A stretch of 64,000 nucleotides of DNA from Vicugna vicugna (taxonomy: Eukaryota), in NCBI GenBank assembly GCA_013265495.1, contig MU058213.1, positions 2,790,001 through 2,854,000 on the forward strand, read 5' to 3'. This document shows positions 27,121 through 39,044 of the stretch, one piece after another. The stretch's first letter is position 1. Each line of letters begins with the position of its first letter. The notes beneath the pieces are model-generated. The model had not been told where the DNA came from, did no database searches, and saw only the letters and a program-made list of their open reading frames with translations. The translations under genes and the position numbers were made by a program.

Positions 27121-28071
27121 CACAAATTATCAAACAAAAAATAAAAAGAACACTAACATTTCCACACTTACCAGCCAGTGACATGTAAATGGTTCTCTCA
27201 TTCTGTCCCCCTCAGTGCCCAGCAATTTCCTATTTAACAGTCCAGCTTATGTGTAATTTCATTTACAAAGCCTTTTTTGGCTCACCTCTAATCAGAAATT
27301 CTGCTCTCAAATCTGTCTTCATTCCTCTAATATGGCTTTTAACCTGCTGCATTATACAACAATTAATTTACTCCTTCATCTTTCCTCAAACACTGAACCT
27401 TCAGAGGGCAAGGAATCTGAATCCATGGTCTCTAACATGAGGTTTTGTCCATGAAAAGAATAAATGAAGCCAGTGTTTAGATCTCTTCTTTGCTGAAGTT
27501 TAATTTGAAGCAGCCCTCATCTTTCCAAACCCCTAACACGATTTAACTCACCTTACTTTTCCTCTTGTTTATCAAACTCACTTGACTTCTAACTTGTACA
27601 CCCTCAGTTCTGATTCAGCCAATTTCCCGTTCTTACCCGTCTTCTTGATGACATTCTATCTTCACCCTCCTACCTGATCTCACCTACCTGAAGACAGACT
27701 ACTGTAGCACAGAGAGGGAGGAAAGCTTTAAAGACAGCCACCAAGTCGCGTGAATCCTTAAACCTCCTGCATCTGTTGCAGTGTCTGTCACATGACAAGT
27801 GCCTAGTGAATGAAGGAGTGCAAATGATAATAGTGAAGCTCAAGTCCTCATAGCCCCAAAGTCACCACAGGTCTCAGATCTCAAAGTCCTCCCTGAACCA
27901 CAATCCACACCAACACCCCAAAACTTAGCTCCTATAAATGAGCTAACAATTCTCCTGCATAAATAACATAAATGTCACAAATTCCATGGACTAAAATAAG
28001 TGTACTTTTTTAGGGAAATCACCTAGCCCCTCTCTGAAAAAAATTTATTTTCATTTTATGTACATTTTTAA

Positions 28072-28310
28072 GCAGTAGAGTGTAGTAGTAAAAATTATGA
28101 CTCTGAGAGTCAGACACTTGAGTCTGAATCCTGGCTTTTCTACTTCCTCACTGACTCAGCTGGTTTGGAGGCAACTACCTCCTCACTATGGCTTCTTTTC
28201 ATCATCTGTAAAAAATGAGAAGAGCATCTAGCTCAAGGGTTGCTGTGCAATCATGCAGACACAGCACCTAGGACATAACCCGGCACAACTGAGACCAACT
28301 GTAATTGTTC
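28072..28310 (+). mobile_element. MIR SINE
   Basis: gcagtagagtgtagtagtaaaa..gactctgagagtcagac..tgaatcctggctt..tcatctgtaaaa. Confidence 0.75.
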
Positions 28311-29046
28311 TTAATGTTTCCTGGTTTTCTGCCTCACAGCAGAACAAAAGCAGAACATTAGAAGGAAAGAAGGCTAAATATGTAAGATAAATCAAACACT
28401 ACGGATAGAAAAGAAGTTGCTACTGTTCATAAAGCCTATTTATCTGTAGTCCTTTTAGATTCACATTCATCCGTGGTCCTAGAAGTGATGAGAGAATTAC
28501 AAACAGGGCAAATCCTGCTGTCACACTGACGTCCAATACACAACAATTACTATTTGAAAAAGCAGGGAAGTGTGTGTGACAGTAGTTTTTTAAGTATATA
28601 TTTGAGTAACTATTGTGGTAATTCCCCTTAGGAATTACCTGTTTGTTGAGGAAATGTTTAGGTAGGTAGGTTAGTTGCTATAGGTCATGGGTTTCAGCTG
28701 GTCCCTGGGGTGCAGAGTAATAGTAAAACAAAAACAAAACCTACTCTTGATGACAGAAGGAGAAAGCTGTTCCTGGTTGGGAAGTGATGGAAGTGAGAAA
28801 ACTGAGACGTGAACAAGATGGTGGACCAGAGAGGAACGCCTCCTGAGATTTTCTCAATATTCAGTAGAGTCTACAAAAATCAGACATGTTGCGTAGCTGA
28901 ATGTCTTCTGGAAACTGGGCAAGGCTTTAGGTTCTGAAACTGGAAGATGTAGGAGCTAGAATCTGCAGAAATGGGATCATGACTGGTAACTTACCACCAC
29001 GTAAATTGGAAAGGGACCAAAATTTCAGTTAGAACACAACAAACAG

Positions 29047-31210
29047 AAAAGCTATATATGACAAACCTACAGCCAGCATAGTACTCAACGGTGAAAAACT
29101 CAAAAGCTTCCCACTAAAATCTGGGACAAGACAAGGATGCCCATTATCACCCCTCCTATTCAACATAGTCCTGGAAGTCCTAGCCACAGCAGTCAGGCAA
29201 GAGAAAGAAATAAAAGGGATCCAAATTGTAAAAGAAGAGGTAAAAGTGTCATTATATGCTGACGACATGTTACTATATATAGAAAACCCTAAAAGGTCCA
29301 CAAAAAAGCTACTAGAGCTGATCGAAGAATTCAGCAAGGTAGCAGGTTACAAAATTAATGTTCAAAAATCAGTTGCCTTTCTTTACACTAACGATAAATC
29401 AACAGAAAAAGAAAGTAAAGAAACAATCCCCTTTAAAATAGCACCCAAAGTAATAAAATATCTGGGAATAAATCTAACCAAGGAGGTGAAAGAATTATAC
29501 ACAGAAAACTATAAACCATTGATGAAGGAAATTAAAGAAGACTTTAAAAAATGGAAAGATATTCCATGCTCTTGGATTGGAAGAATCAATATTGTTAAAA
29601 TGGTCACACTGCCCAAGGCAATCTACAGATTTAATGCAATCCCTATCCAATTACCCAGGACATATTTCACAGAACTAGAACAAATCATAATAAAATTTAT
29701 ATGGAACCATCAAAGACCTAGAATTGCTAAAGCATTACTGAAGAGAAAGAAAGAGGCTGGAGGAATAACTCTCCCAGACTTCAGACAATACTATAGAGCT
29801 ACAGTCATCAAGACAGCATGGTATTGGTACCAAAACAGACATATAGACCAATGGAACAGAATAGAGAGCCCAGAAATGAACCCACAAACTTTTGGTCAAC
29901 TCATCTTCGACAAAGGAGGCAAGAATATACAATGGAATAAAGACAGTCTCTTCAGCAAATGGTGTTGGGAAAACTGGACAGCAGCATGTAAAACAATGAA
30001 GCTAGAACACACCCTTACACCATATACAAAAATCAACTCAAAATGGATTAAAGACTTAAACATAAGACAAGATACAATAAACCTCCTAGAGGAAAACATA
30101 GGCAAAACATTATCTGACATACATTTCAAAAATTTTCTCCTAGAAGAAATAAAAGCAAGAATAAACAAATGGGACCTAATGAAACTTACAAGCTTCTGCA
30201 CAGCAAAGGAAACCAGAAATAAAACAAGAAGAAAACCTACGGAATGGGAGAAAATTTTTGCAAGTGAAGCCGACAAAGGCTTGATCTCCAGAATATATAA
30301 GCAGCTCATACGACTCAATAAGAAAAAAATAAACAACCCAATCCAAACATGGGCAGAAGACCTAAACAAGCAATTCTCCAAGGAAGACACACAAATGATC
30401 AAAAAGCACATGAAAAAATGCTCCATATCACTAATTATCAGAGAAATGCAAATCAAAACTACAATGAGGTATCGCCTCACACCAGTCAGAATGGCCGTCA
30501 TTCAAAAATCCAAAAATGACAAATGCTGGAGAGGCTGTGGAGAAAAGAGAACCCTCCTACACTGCTGGTGGGAATGCAGTTTGGTGCAGCCACTATGGAA
30601 AACAGTGTGGAGATTCCTCAAAAGACTAGGAATAGACTTACCATATGACCCAGGAATCCCACTCCTGGCCTTGTATCCAGAAGGAACCCTACTTCAGGAT
30701 GACACCTGCACCCCAATGTTCATAGCAGCACTATTTACAATAGCCAAAACATGGAAACAGCCTAAATGTCCATCAGCAGATGACTGGATAAAGAAGAAGT
30801 GGTATATTTATACAATGGAATACTACTCAGCCATAAAAACCGACAACATAACACCATTTGCAGCGACATGGATGTTCCTAGAGAATGTCATTCTAAGTGA
30901 AGTAAGCCAGAAAGAGAAAGAAAAATACCATATGAGATTGCCCATATGTGGAATTTAAAAAAACAAACAAAAAAACAAACAAAAACAAAAGATAAATACA
31001 GGACAGAAATAGACTCATGGACAGAGAATACAGACTTGTGGTTACCGGTGGGGGGCAGAGGGTGTGAAGGGATAGACTGGGATTTCAAAATTGTAGAATA
31101 GATAAACAAGATTACACTGTACAGCACAGGGAAATATACAATGTGTCATTTTACAATGACACAACATTGTAAAATGATTATAAATCAATAAAAAATGTTA
31201 AAAAAAAAAA
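29047..31210 (+). mobile_element. Young 5'-truncated LINE-1 (camelid-type) with 3'UTR, polyA signal and A tail
   Basis: Uninterrupted ORF2 3' half, 3'UTR with G-rich tract (31047-31081), AATAAA near 31187 and A tail to 31210. Confidence 0.95.
29048..30958 (+). CDS. L1 ORF2p C-terminal part (RT domain portion plus CCHC region); 5'-truncated, no native start codon
   Basis: Open frame reads [77 protein letters not shown], with no stops or frameshifts over ~636 codons. Confidence 0.9.
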   Translation, partial: KAIYDKPTASIVLNGEKLKSFPLKSGTRQGCPLSPLLFNIVLEVLATAVRQEKEIKGIQIVKEEVKVSLYADDMLLYIENPKRSTKKLLELIEEFSKVAGYKINVQKSVAFLYTNDKSTEKESKETIPFKIAPKVIKYLGINLTKEVKELYTENYKPLMKEIKEDFKKWKDIPCSWIGRINIVKMVTLPKAIYRFNAIPIQLPRTYFTELEQIIIKFIWNHQRPRIAKALLKRKKEAGGITLPDFRQYYRATVIKTAWYWYQNRHIDQWNRIESPEMNPQTFGQLIFDKGGKNIQWNKDSLFSKWCWENWTAACKTMKLEHTLTPYTKINSKWIKDLNIRQDTINLLEENIGKTLSDIHFKNFLLEEIKARINKWDLMKLTSFCTAKETRNKTRRKPTEWEKIFASEADKGLISRIYKQLIRLNKKKINNPIQTWAEDLNKQFSKEDTQMIKKHMKKCSISLIIREMQIKTTMRYRLTPVRMAVIQKSKNDKCWRGCGEKRTLLHCWWECSLVQPLWKTVWRFLKRLGIDLPYDPGIPLLALYPEGTLLQDDTCTPMFIAALFTIAKTWKQPKCPSADDWIKKKWYIYTMEYYSAIKTDNITPFAATWMFLENVILSEVSQKEKEKYHMRLPICGI

Positions 31211-32234
31211 CACACATCGAACAGGAAGTCACCACCCAAACACATAATCTAAGATGCAAGTAACACAGCTGTGAAAGATTTGTTTCCAAAAAAGGGCTCA
31301 AATTCCTCTCAAAAAGGGTTAGCCACCTAAGAGCTAAGTTACATTTATCAGAATCATCCCTACAGTGTCAGTACATAGTAAGATATGAGTTCCTTCTTCT
31401 AAGCAAGATTCTCACCAGGTAGGGGTGGCAGTCACTGGATGTACTGTTCCTTTTTTTTCTTAACAAGAGCTGACTTTGTTCCACATCCTAGCTCATACTG
31501 GGACCCAGAGCTGTGCACAATGGAAAGAGTTTCCTATTTCCTGAGCTGTGTGCAGATCAAGAAACTTCCATCCATTCCCTCTTATATTAACTGTGGAATT
31601 CAGCAATACATGTGGCCTGAGAGTTAGTACTTAGAAGGACAGGTTCCAATTACAGGGACAGGGTGCCTCTGCCTCTCCAGGCTTCTTCTAATAGCTTCTC
31701 TCTAGAAACAATCTTCAAGTCATTCCAGGCCACTTTGTATCCTGCCTATTCTAGGTCTAACACATCAGGGGGAAAAAAATCAAAGGCCAATTCTCTGAAT
31801 CACCACGCCCAGCCACCTCTGCCTCTGTCCCCAAAGGTCAAGTTGCAATCATCCATCCCTGATACTGTGACTCCAGCAGCTGAGCCATTTTCCTGGGCAC
31901 AAGGGAACAGGAGGCTTTCTCGTAGGCCACACCCAGAATGACCAGAAGCCTTTGCCATCCAAATTCTGCACCCCAAAAGCCACATGCTCCCGAAAGCAGA
32001 AGTCCCACCCAAGGCCAGGCTCCAGTGCTGGGCCCTGCGCTCCAAGTGAGGGCAGCTTCGGGAGTTCCTCCAGTCTGCACGGCTTCACTGGCTCCCTGGA
32101 CGGAAGGCCAATGGATTACTGACTGCTCACTTACTGCATACAAGGTACTTTGCCAGGCAGTTAGCCTATTATCTCATTAAATCCTCACAACAAATCTGAG
32201 CAGGGTTCTAGCTCTCTCATCAGGGGGAAGGCTG

Positions 32235-32732
32235 TTTGTTAGGATGCCTTCAGCCCTGCATAAAAGAACCCCCAGCTAGAGTGGTTTACACAGTTTCAGT
32301 GTGACAGTTAAGACTGCAGGCCCTGGAGACAGAATGCTGGTTTTCAAATCTTGCTCTCTTGTTAGGTGGGTGGGCCTCTTCAGGCAATTTACTTACAGCA
32401 CTTTACAAGTCAGCTTCCTCAGGTTTTAGATGGGAAAATAATGGTACCTTCACACTAGGATTGCTGTGACAGCTTAGGGTTCGTGCCTGCAGAGCACTCA
32501 GAACAGAGCCTGGCAAGTCCAGGCTGGGAATCACTGCTTCTGTGACGTCAGTGAGAAGTAAGAGCTCCCATCTTTCTGTCCTGTCATCTTCAGCGTGTTG
32601 ACTGTTAATCTCACGTGACAAAGGCGGCAGCCACAGTTTCAAGCATCACTTGTAGAAATAACATCTGACAAGGAAGGAAGGAGAAAGCTGTCTCCTCCCT
32701 TGCTTCTCATTTTAACAAGGAAGGAAACCTTC
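32235..32732. mobile_element. Old MaLR LTR (MLT1K-like) interrupted by a MIR (~32300-32517, +)
   Basis: tgtttgttaggatgccttcagc..aagaaccc..gtggttta, then MIR (ctggagacagaatgctggttttcaaatc..cctcaggtttt..agggttcg..cagagcctggca), then catctttctgtcctgtcatcttcagc..aaggcggcagccacag..ggaaaccttc. Confidence 0.55.
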
Positions 32733-33315
32733 TGTGGAGCCGGCTGGCGCTCTCCGGAGCCATAAAACCCCCACCCTGGGCTCTCTGTGCGCCTGGAGCC
32801 TCCTTACACCTTAACCCCCTCTCCTCAGTGCAGGACTCTTCGCATACCTGCATTTCTGCAAGATAAAAACAGCTTCTCCTGCTAAACCACCCCCAAGAAA
32901 TAGCTGCTCACAATACAGACAGGCCTCACATCCTGCCATTACCAGAGTCATAAATCCTGTTGTTCAGACAAGTCCTTGACTGATCTGACAGCCAATCATG
33001 TATCTGTGCCCCCTACTCCTTGTGTTCACAGCCCCTCCCCCAATAAAAGACCCTGCACAGCCACCCCTGGTGCTCACATTTGTCTGTGTGGCCAGATATT
33101 GCCTGCAGCAACTATCTATTACATTTCCCTAAACTTTCCTCATGGCCTTTGATAAATCCTTTTATCACCCGTGACACCACCCACCACCTTGTGTTCATAA
33201 CACCTTCCTCAATAAGCCTTTCTTTATGTCCCTCAGACCATAATGGATGCTGGGAAAGCAAGTACCAGGAGTCTCGGACTCCAGCAGAATTTCTGCTGGC
33301 AAAGAAGCCACGACA
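32733..33315 (+). mobile_element. ERV solo LTR
   Basis: TG..CA termini (tgtggagc..ccacgaca), TATA-like caataaaagacc near 33041, polyA-like ttgataaatcc. Confidence 0.6.
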
Positions 33316-33460
33316 GTGATGATGTACAGAAACTGTCAAAAGTTGTTAAGCTGCTTGGAGTGGCATTGCTAGTATAATGGAACTATGCCAGAGTTGGGAC
33401 ATAAAAACAAGTCTGGACCTTCTACTAAAGAAGCCCCCTCCCAGACGACTGCACACAGGT

Positions 33461-33816
33461 TGTACGGGGCCGCTAAGGCTAATGGAGCAAAGCAACACAC
33501 AGTGGTGGGGCTTATGCAACAGAAACTTACTGTTCTATAGTTTGGGAAGCTACGAGTCCAAGGTCAAAGTGTCAGCAGTTTGCTCCTTCTGAGGGCTTTG
33601 AGGAGAACCTGTTCCACGCCTGCCCCTTAGCTTCTGGTGGTTTGCTGCATTCCTTGGCTTGGAGAAGCATCCCTCATATTTCTGGCTTTCATGGTGGTCT
33701 GTGTGCATACCTGTCTCTAAAGGTCCCCTTTATATAAGAACATCAGTCATACTGGATGAGAGTCTCCCTCAATAATGTCATTTTAACTTGATTACCTATA
33801 TAAAGACCCTCTGTCC
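33461..33816 (-). mobile_element. MaLR LTR (MLT1C/D-like)
   Basis: ggcttatgcaacagaaacttactgtt..gagtccaaggtcaaagtgtcagcag..ttctgagggct..tagcttctggtggtttgctg..ataagaacatcagtcatactgga..aaagaccct. Confidence 0.85.
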
Positions 33817-34147
33817 TGTATCTGTAAATTTCACAAATGATAAGTAAGTTACCTGCTCTTTATGTCCCCCAGTCACCCTACCGTGAGGAACTGCTGTTAT
33901 CAGGTGCTTGTGCATCTTCCTAGAACTGACTGTGCATTTAAACTCTTAAACTGTTTTGTTTTTTTTTTTAAATATACACACATATAATGACTCTTATCCC
34001 CATATCTGGCTTCGTAAATTGCTGAGGAATTTCATGCAGCATCAATGGGCACCACTCAATGTCCTTCCGAAAGAAAAGTCATTCAAGTGAGAATACACCA
34101 CAGACTTTTAGTATGGCTAAGACATGCACCACAGTGCTCTATGTTAA

Positions 34148-34624
34148 TGTGAACGAAAAATACTGCAAGCCTTTTCAGTAAACGAAGAATGCTGAAGCCA
34201 TCAGGTCATCAGCCACTGCAGCCCAACCCCACAGTGAAGACAAGGAGGCAGCCCAGCCTCTGCCTCCTGAGGGAACTCAGAATGTCAAAGGACAGGACAC
34301 TGGCCCTAGACAGCTCGCTGCTTATCAAAGGAATCATTTCAGTGAGCCCAAACATTTGCTCCCTGCCAAATGGAGAAAAGCGCTAAATTCTTTAACTTGA
34401 GATGTCTGCTTTTCTTCAGTTAACAAGTTATCTTTTAATGTTCCAACTACCTGGTCTTTGTTGTAAAACTCCTATATATCCCTAGCTCCTCCCCTACCCT
34501 CTTCAGAGCAGTCCCTCAGAGTGATCTGAGAGGCTGTCATCGCGGGCTGGAAGGGGCTCGAGTCCTCAGAAATGTCCACCAAATAAAACATAACTTTCAG
34601 TCTATGCATTTATTTCAGTCAACA
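34148..34624 (+). mobile_element. ERV1-type solo LTR (family A, copy 1)
   Basis: tgtgaacgaaaa..tttcagtcaaca termini, TATA (cctatatat), AATAAA near 34582, flanks ttaa/ttac. Homologous to 45709-47037. Confidence 0.85.
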
Positions 34625-34689
34625 TTACTTAATTCCTATAGGATACTTAAGTTCTGCCCTGACGTTTTTTGATTCTCTATTTACACTGA

Positions 34690-34833
34690 TTTTTAACTGC
34701 TTTGAGATATAATTGATAAACAACAAAAACTGCACATGTTTAATGCAAACATTTTGATGAGTTTAACGTATGCATACACCTGTAATGCCATCAGCACAAT
34801 CAAAGGAATGAACATAACCATCACCTCCAAAAA
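34690..34833 (-). mobile_element. L1MB-like 3'UTR fragment
   Basis: gctttgagatataattga..aactgcacatgtttaa..ttgatgagttt..aacataaccatcacctccaaaa. Confidence 0.75.
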
Positions 34834-34834
34834 A

Positions 34835-35260
34835 GCCACATGGCAGTCACAGAAGCTCGAGCTCCTCTCTCACGTACCTGGGTAACAGGTGTTGTGCATT
34901 TGCTGAGTTGTTTTACAGACGCTAAAACTCCCACCAACTGGAAGAAGCTATGATCTGTGATGACCCCTGAGCACTTAGCTCCTAGTGGTACTAGAGCCTG
35001 AGGATTGAAAATGTCAACCCCTGTGACACTGCCCTGTCACGTCACCATCAACCAGAGAATGGTGCACAAGTTGACCACATACACTGCGACTTGCCTGGCC
35101 TTTAAAAATGCTTTCCTGAAACCCAGCAGGACTTCAGGTTTCTTAAAAATTAGCTGTCCTTGACTCCTTGTCTGGCACCTTACAATACACGCTACCCTTT
35201 CCTTCACCACAACCCAGTGTTAGTAGATCGGCTTGACTGAGTGGGGAGAGGTTTGGTACA
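34835..35260 (+). mobile_element. ERV1-type LTR (5'-incomplete)
   Basis: ccaccaactggaagaag..caccatcaaccagagaat..cctttaaaaatgctttcctgaaaccc..tttccttcaccacaacccagtgttagtagatcggcttgactg..ggtaca. Confidence 0.65.
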
Positions 35261-35859
35261 TTATTAGGTGTTAGGACTTCAACCAAGAATCTAGTGGCTT
35301 TATACACTTGGCAGAAAATAAGGGAGGTGGTGACATCTTTCTCTTTATCCAACTGAAAGAATTAATTTAAAAATACTGATTCATACAAAGACATCCAGAA
35401 ACGTAACAGGGAAAAATACAGATTAACTGAGCTCAAAAACAGGTAGCCTTTCAACAGAACCAGTAACTATTTTGAGGGGCAAAAAAAAGTGCTTTTTGGT
35501 CCTTTGCATCTTCCTTGTCTCTGAAAAAGGATAATGCATTATTCATAATGTAATAAAGTTTTGCTTGATGGAAGTACTTTTAACTGAAACTTTTAGAGGA
35601 AAAAAAATGGAACAGATCTTATCTCCCTTCTTATTTTCTAAGAGGTCAAGTACTTAAGGATTCTAAAATTTAGCCTATTAAGGACAAGAGCTTTGTTCTT
35701 AACTGTTACCTTGGGTCACTTATCTCACTAAACTGAAGCTTGTCATTGGTCATTAGCAGACTAGGCAAGAAATCAAAGGGTCACACTTGGAAAAAACAAG
35801 TCTCATGTCTCTGAATATTGAGATTACCGTTTCTAAAAGCTACTATTAAAGATATATCA

Positions 35860-36095
35860 TGCATTAAGCAGTCACTGCATGCTAAGCATTCAGCTAAGCA
35901 AAGCAAGACACTATACAAGGGGTAAATCCATTGGTTCTCAAAAAGCAATTTTATGAGGAATGAACTATTTCCATGCCCTTGTTGCACATAAAGAGGCTCA
36001 AGCATACAAAGATTGTTCAAGACCATCCCTAGTAAGTGCCAAGGTCAAGGGTTTAGACCCGGGTCTGCTTAATTTCAGAGCTTACACTCTTAAGA
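35860..36095 (-). mobile_element. MIR SINE
   Basis: cactgcatgctaagcatt..gaggctcaag..ctagtaagtgcc..tttagacccgggtctg..cagagcttacactcttaa. Confidence 0.6.
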
Positions 36096-36933
36096 GAGCA
36101 AGTCTTGGCATCAGCTGGTCTAAAAGGCAAATACTTGTTTCATCACTGGTTCTCTAAAGCTAGGAAATCTTTCCATCTGGGAATTGTGGATAAAACTCTC
36201 CGGCTCCATTATGGGAAAGCTGGTGCCTTCCCTTAGACCTCTCATCTTTGGATCAAAAACACCTGACTATGTATGCCCTTTGTCCTAATAAAAAACGTTG
36301 TTACCAGTTGTTTAATAAGGCTGTTCCCTGAGCCCCACCCCTTCAGTACTTGGTGTGTAGCCTCTTCTTCTGTATCACCTTGTATTTTCCTCAGTGTTGT
36401 GTCTCAGCTCATAAAAAAAAATCAGTCGCCTTCTGTATCCAGCCTCCTCTCCTTCTGTTAGCTATTTCCTGCTTGATTAATGCCATCTAGAACTGCACAG
36501 CCGCCAGTAATGGCTTTCTTTCCCCTCTTTATGTAGCTCTGGTCTCCAGACAATAATGGGTTTCCAATTTCTATCTTGTAAAAACTATGAAAATGGGAAC
36601 CACTGGAGCGAAGTAGGGCATCACCCATCCTGTTCCTTCTCCTATTAGAGTAGGTAAGCAGCGCTTTTTACCTAAAACCAGTCTTCTGCCTGTGCTTTGT
36701 GTTCAATCCCCTTTTGCTTTTGAGGATACATTCACTGTCGAGTCTCTGTTTTGTTAAACCTCCTGGTTTAGATGTTGTGTTAATGTGTTAACCAGTTCAT
36801 GGCACATCGGCATCACTAACCCATGCGAAGTCCCTATTTATCTGTGTTCTCTCACCACATTCCTATTTCCCATCTCTTGCCCCCAAGGCAACCACTGCAT
36901 TCTGTTTTAACGTCCTTCTTTGTATTTGTATGT

Positions 36934-37424
36934 TGCATTATTTCGGGTTCCTTGGGAAAACAGAACCAGAAGCAGGAAACCATGTGCTGGGGGCGGTGGG
37001 GAGAGAGAGAGAGAGAGAAGAGGGGACAGGCTGAGATTTCAGAGGACTGCCTCACAGAATTGTGGAGGCTGGCAAGGTTGAAATCAGTAGGCAAGCTAGC
37101 AGGCTGGAAACTCAGGTAACAGTTAATGGTTAATCTTGAATCCAAAATCTACAGATCAGAAAGTCTCCATAAAACAGAAAGTACAGTCTCCATATTTCAA
37201 ACTTGAGGAAGAATTGCTCCTTCAGGAAATCTGTCTTTGCTCCTAAGACCTTCAACTGACTGGATGAGGCACAGCCACATCATGGAAGGTGATCTGCATT
37301 CCCTCCAGATAACTGATTGTAAGTGTTAGTCACATCCACAAATACTAGCCTAGATGTTTCAGTGAAGGTATTTGACCAAACAACTGTGTTCCACAGCCAT
37401 GCTGACCCTAAGTTAACCATGACA
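36934..37424 (-). mobile_element. MLT2B-like (ERVL) LTR
   Basis: gggttcc..aaacagaacca..(ga)n..ctcacagaattgtggaggctggcaag..ggcaagctagcaggctggaaactcagg..ccttcaactgactggatgaggc..ttaaccatgaca. Confidence 0.85.
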
Positions 37425-37489
37425 TAAGGATCCCAGAAATATGTGTATCACTGTTGTGTTTTTTAATTTACAAAAATGATATTGTGTTA

Positions 37490-37600
37490 ATCCTTCCTAC
37501 TCAAACTATGGTCCATTGTCAGGCAGCATCAGCATCACCTGTGATCTTTATAGAAATGCAGAAACCCAGACCTACTAAGTCAGAATCTGCATTTTAATAG
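37490..37600. mobile_element. MER5A-like hAT-Charlie fragment
   Basis: ctactcaaactatggtcc..gcagcatcagcatcacctg..agaaatgcaga..cccagacctactaagtcagaatctgcattttaa. Confidence 0.8.
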
Positions 37601-37739
37601 TTTCTTCCTCATTTCCTTACTCATCTCACAGAGATACTGAGAAGACTAAATTGGAAGAAGAGCAATTTTACTCTTTAGCATTTCTAAAAATAAAATTAGG
37701 GTATATATTCCAGGACACATGTTAAGAATTCCCTTGGAT

Positions 37740-38270
37740 TTATTAATTAGGATATATAAATCAAAAACAGAATGAGTGAATACATTTCTACATTGGAATA
37801 CTGTACAGTCAGAAAATAAGATGTAGCTACATGCACCAACATGGATGAATCTCACAAAAATTAATGTTGAGAAAAAAGCCCCATACACCCAACAATATGT
37901 ACTGTATGATTCCATTTGTATAAAGTCCAAAAACAGTCAAAATTAGAAAAAATTTAATACATAAATAAATGGAGAGAAATACCATATTGATGGGTTAAAA
38001 TATTCATCTTTTTTGCTATTTTTACTTTTTAATTTCAATGTAAGTCCAATAAAAATAAAACAGGATGATTGCAATAATTTATAATCCCATTCTGAAATTT
38101 ATACAAAAATATAAAAATTTAAAGGAAACTGGAATAGCAAATTTCTCTAAAACAAAAAACAATTTGAGTACTTTATCTAAATTCAAAACTGACTATAAAG
38201 CTCTCATCAATGCTGTGTAGTTGACATAAGGATAAACCTACAGATTATTTTTTAAAAAGTCAAAATTAAT
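37740..38270 (+). mobile_element. Old L1 fragments (L1ME-type 3'UTR plus ORF2 piece)
   Basis: acatgcaccaacatggatgaatctcacaaa..tactgtatgattccattt..aaagtccaaaaacag, then aataaatggagaga..accat..tgggtt. Confidence 0.65.
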
Positions 38271-39044
38271 GTGCAGTATTTGAGGTTGTACTATCTGTCA
38301 GGATCATGAAGAAAGGAATCAGAAACTAATCAGACATGGCTACATGGCAGGTTTTGGGGCAGGATCTTGTCACTATATATTTCACATCCCTACACTGTCC
38401 TTCCAAACTTTATGTCAAAAGTCACATAGCTAATAAACAAGGAGAAAGTAATAAAAGAATACCGTCCTTATAAGTACTTTTAAAATTAAAGGTCACCCCT
38501 GAGATTCTAAAACTAGAAGATACAAAGAGCAAAAAGTTTGATCACTTGTGTTTTCTTCTTGAACAGGGTCTTCTTTCCTACACTTTACTGTTGAGAGTCA
38601 TAAAATCATCTTATCTGTCCCTCTCCGGAATTGTCATTCTTTTGGTCCTGAAAGTTCAAAATATGATAGCCTCATGTTTCTTTGAGTTCTAAAAAGTGTC
38701 CTCAGTTGCCTCAAAGATTTCTTTGTTCATGCACACAATTTTCAAGATATTAAGGACTAAAGAACGATAATCTAGGCAGCCCTAGGCACATCAAGATTTA
38801 ATAAGGAAAAAGTCTCATTTCCCAACCCCATATAGCCTCTTTGGAAGAGGTTCAATCAGTTAACTTCAGCATTTTGTTGAGGTCTCTGTCATTACTGGGG
38901 ATCAGACTAAAGCTCACAGTCAAAGTTAAAGTTTAATGTAAAATTAATGGAATCCAAACTAAGTCAAGAGTGCTTTCAGTCTAAGAATCTTACAGCAGAC
39001 TTCAAATGTGGTTGCAGAGGTTCTTACTGAACACCATGAAAAAC

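Noticed and set aside
29029..30501. Minus-strand ORFs of 102, 65 and 201 aa
   Set aside because: Antisense shadows of L1 ORF2; the hydrophobic composition comes from the A-rich sense strand.
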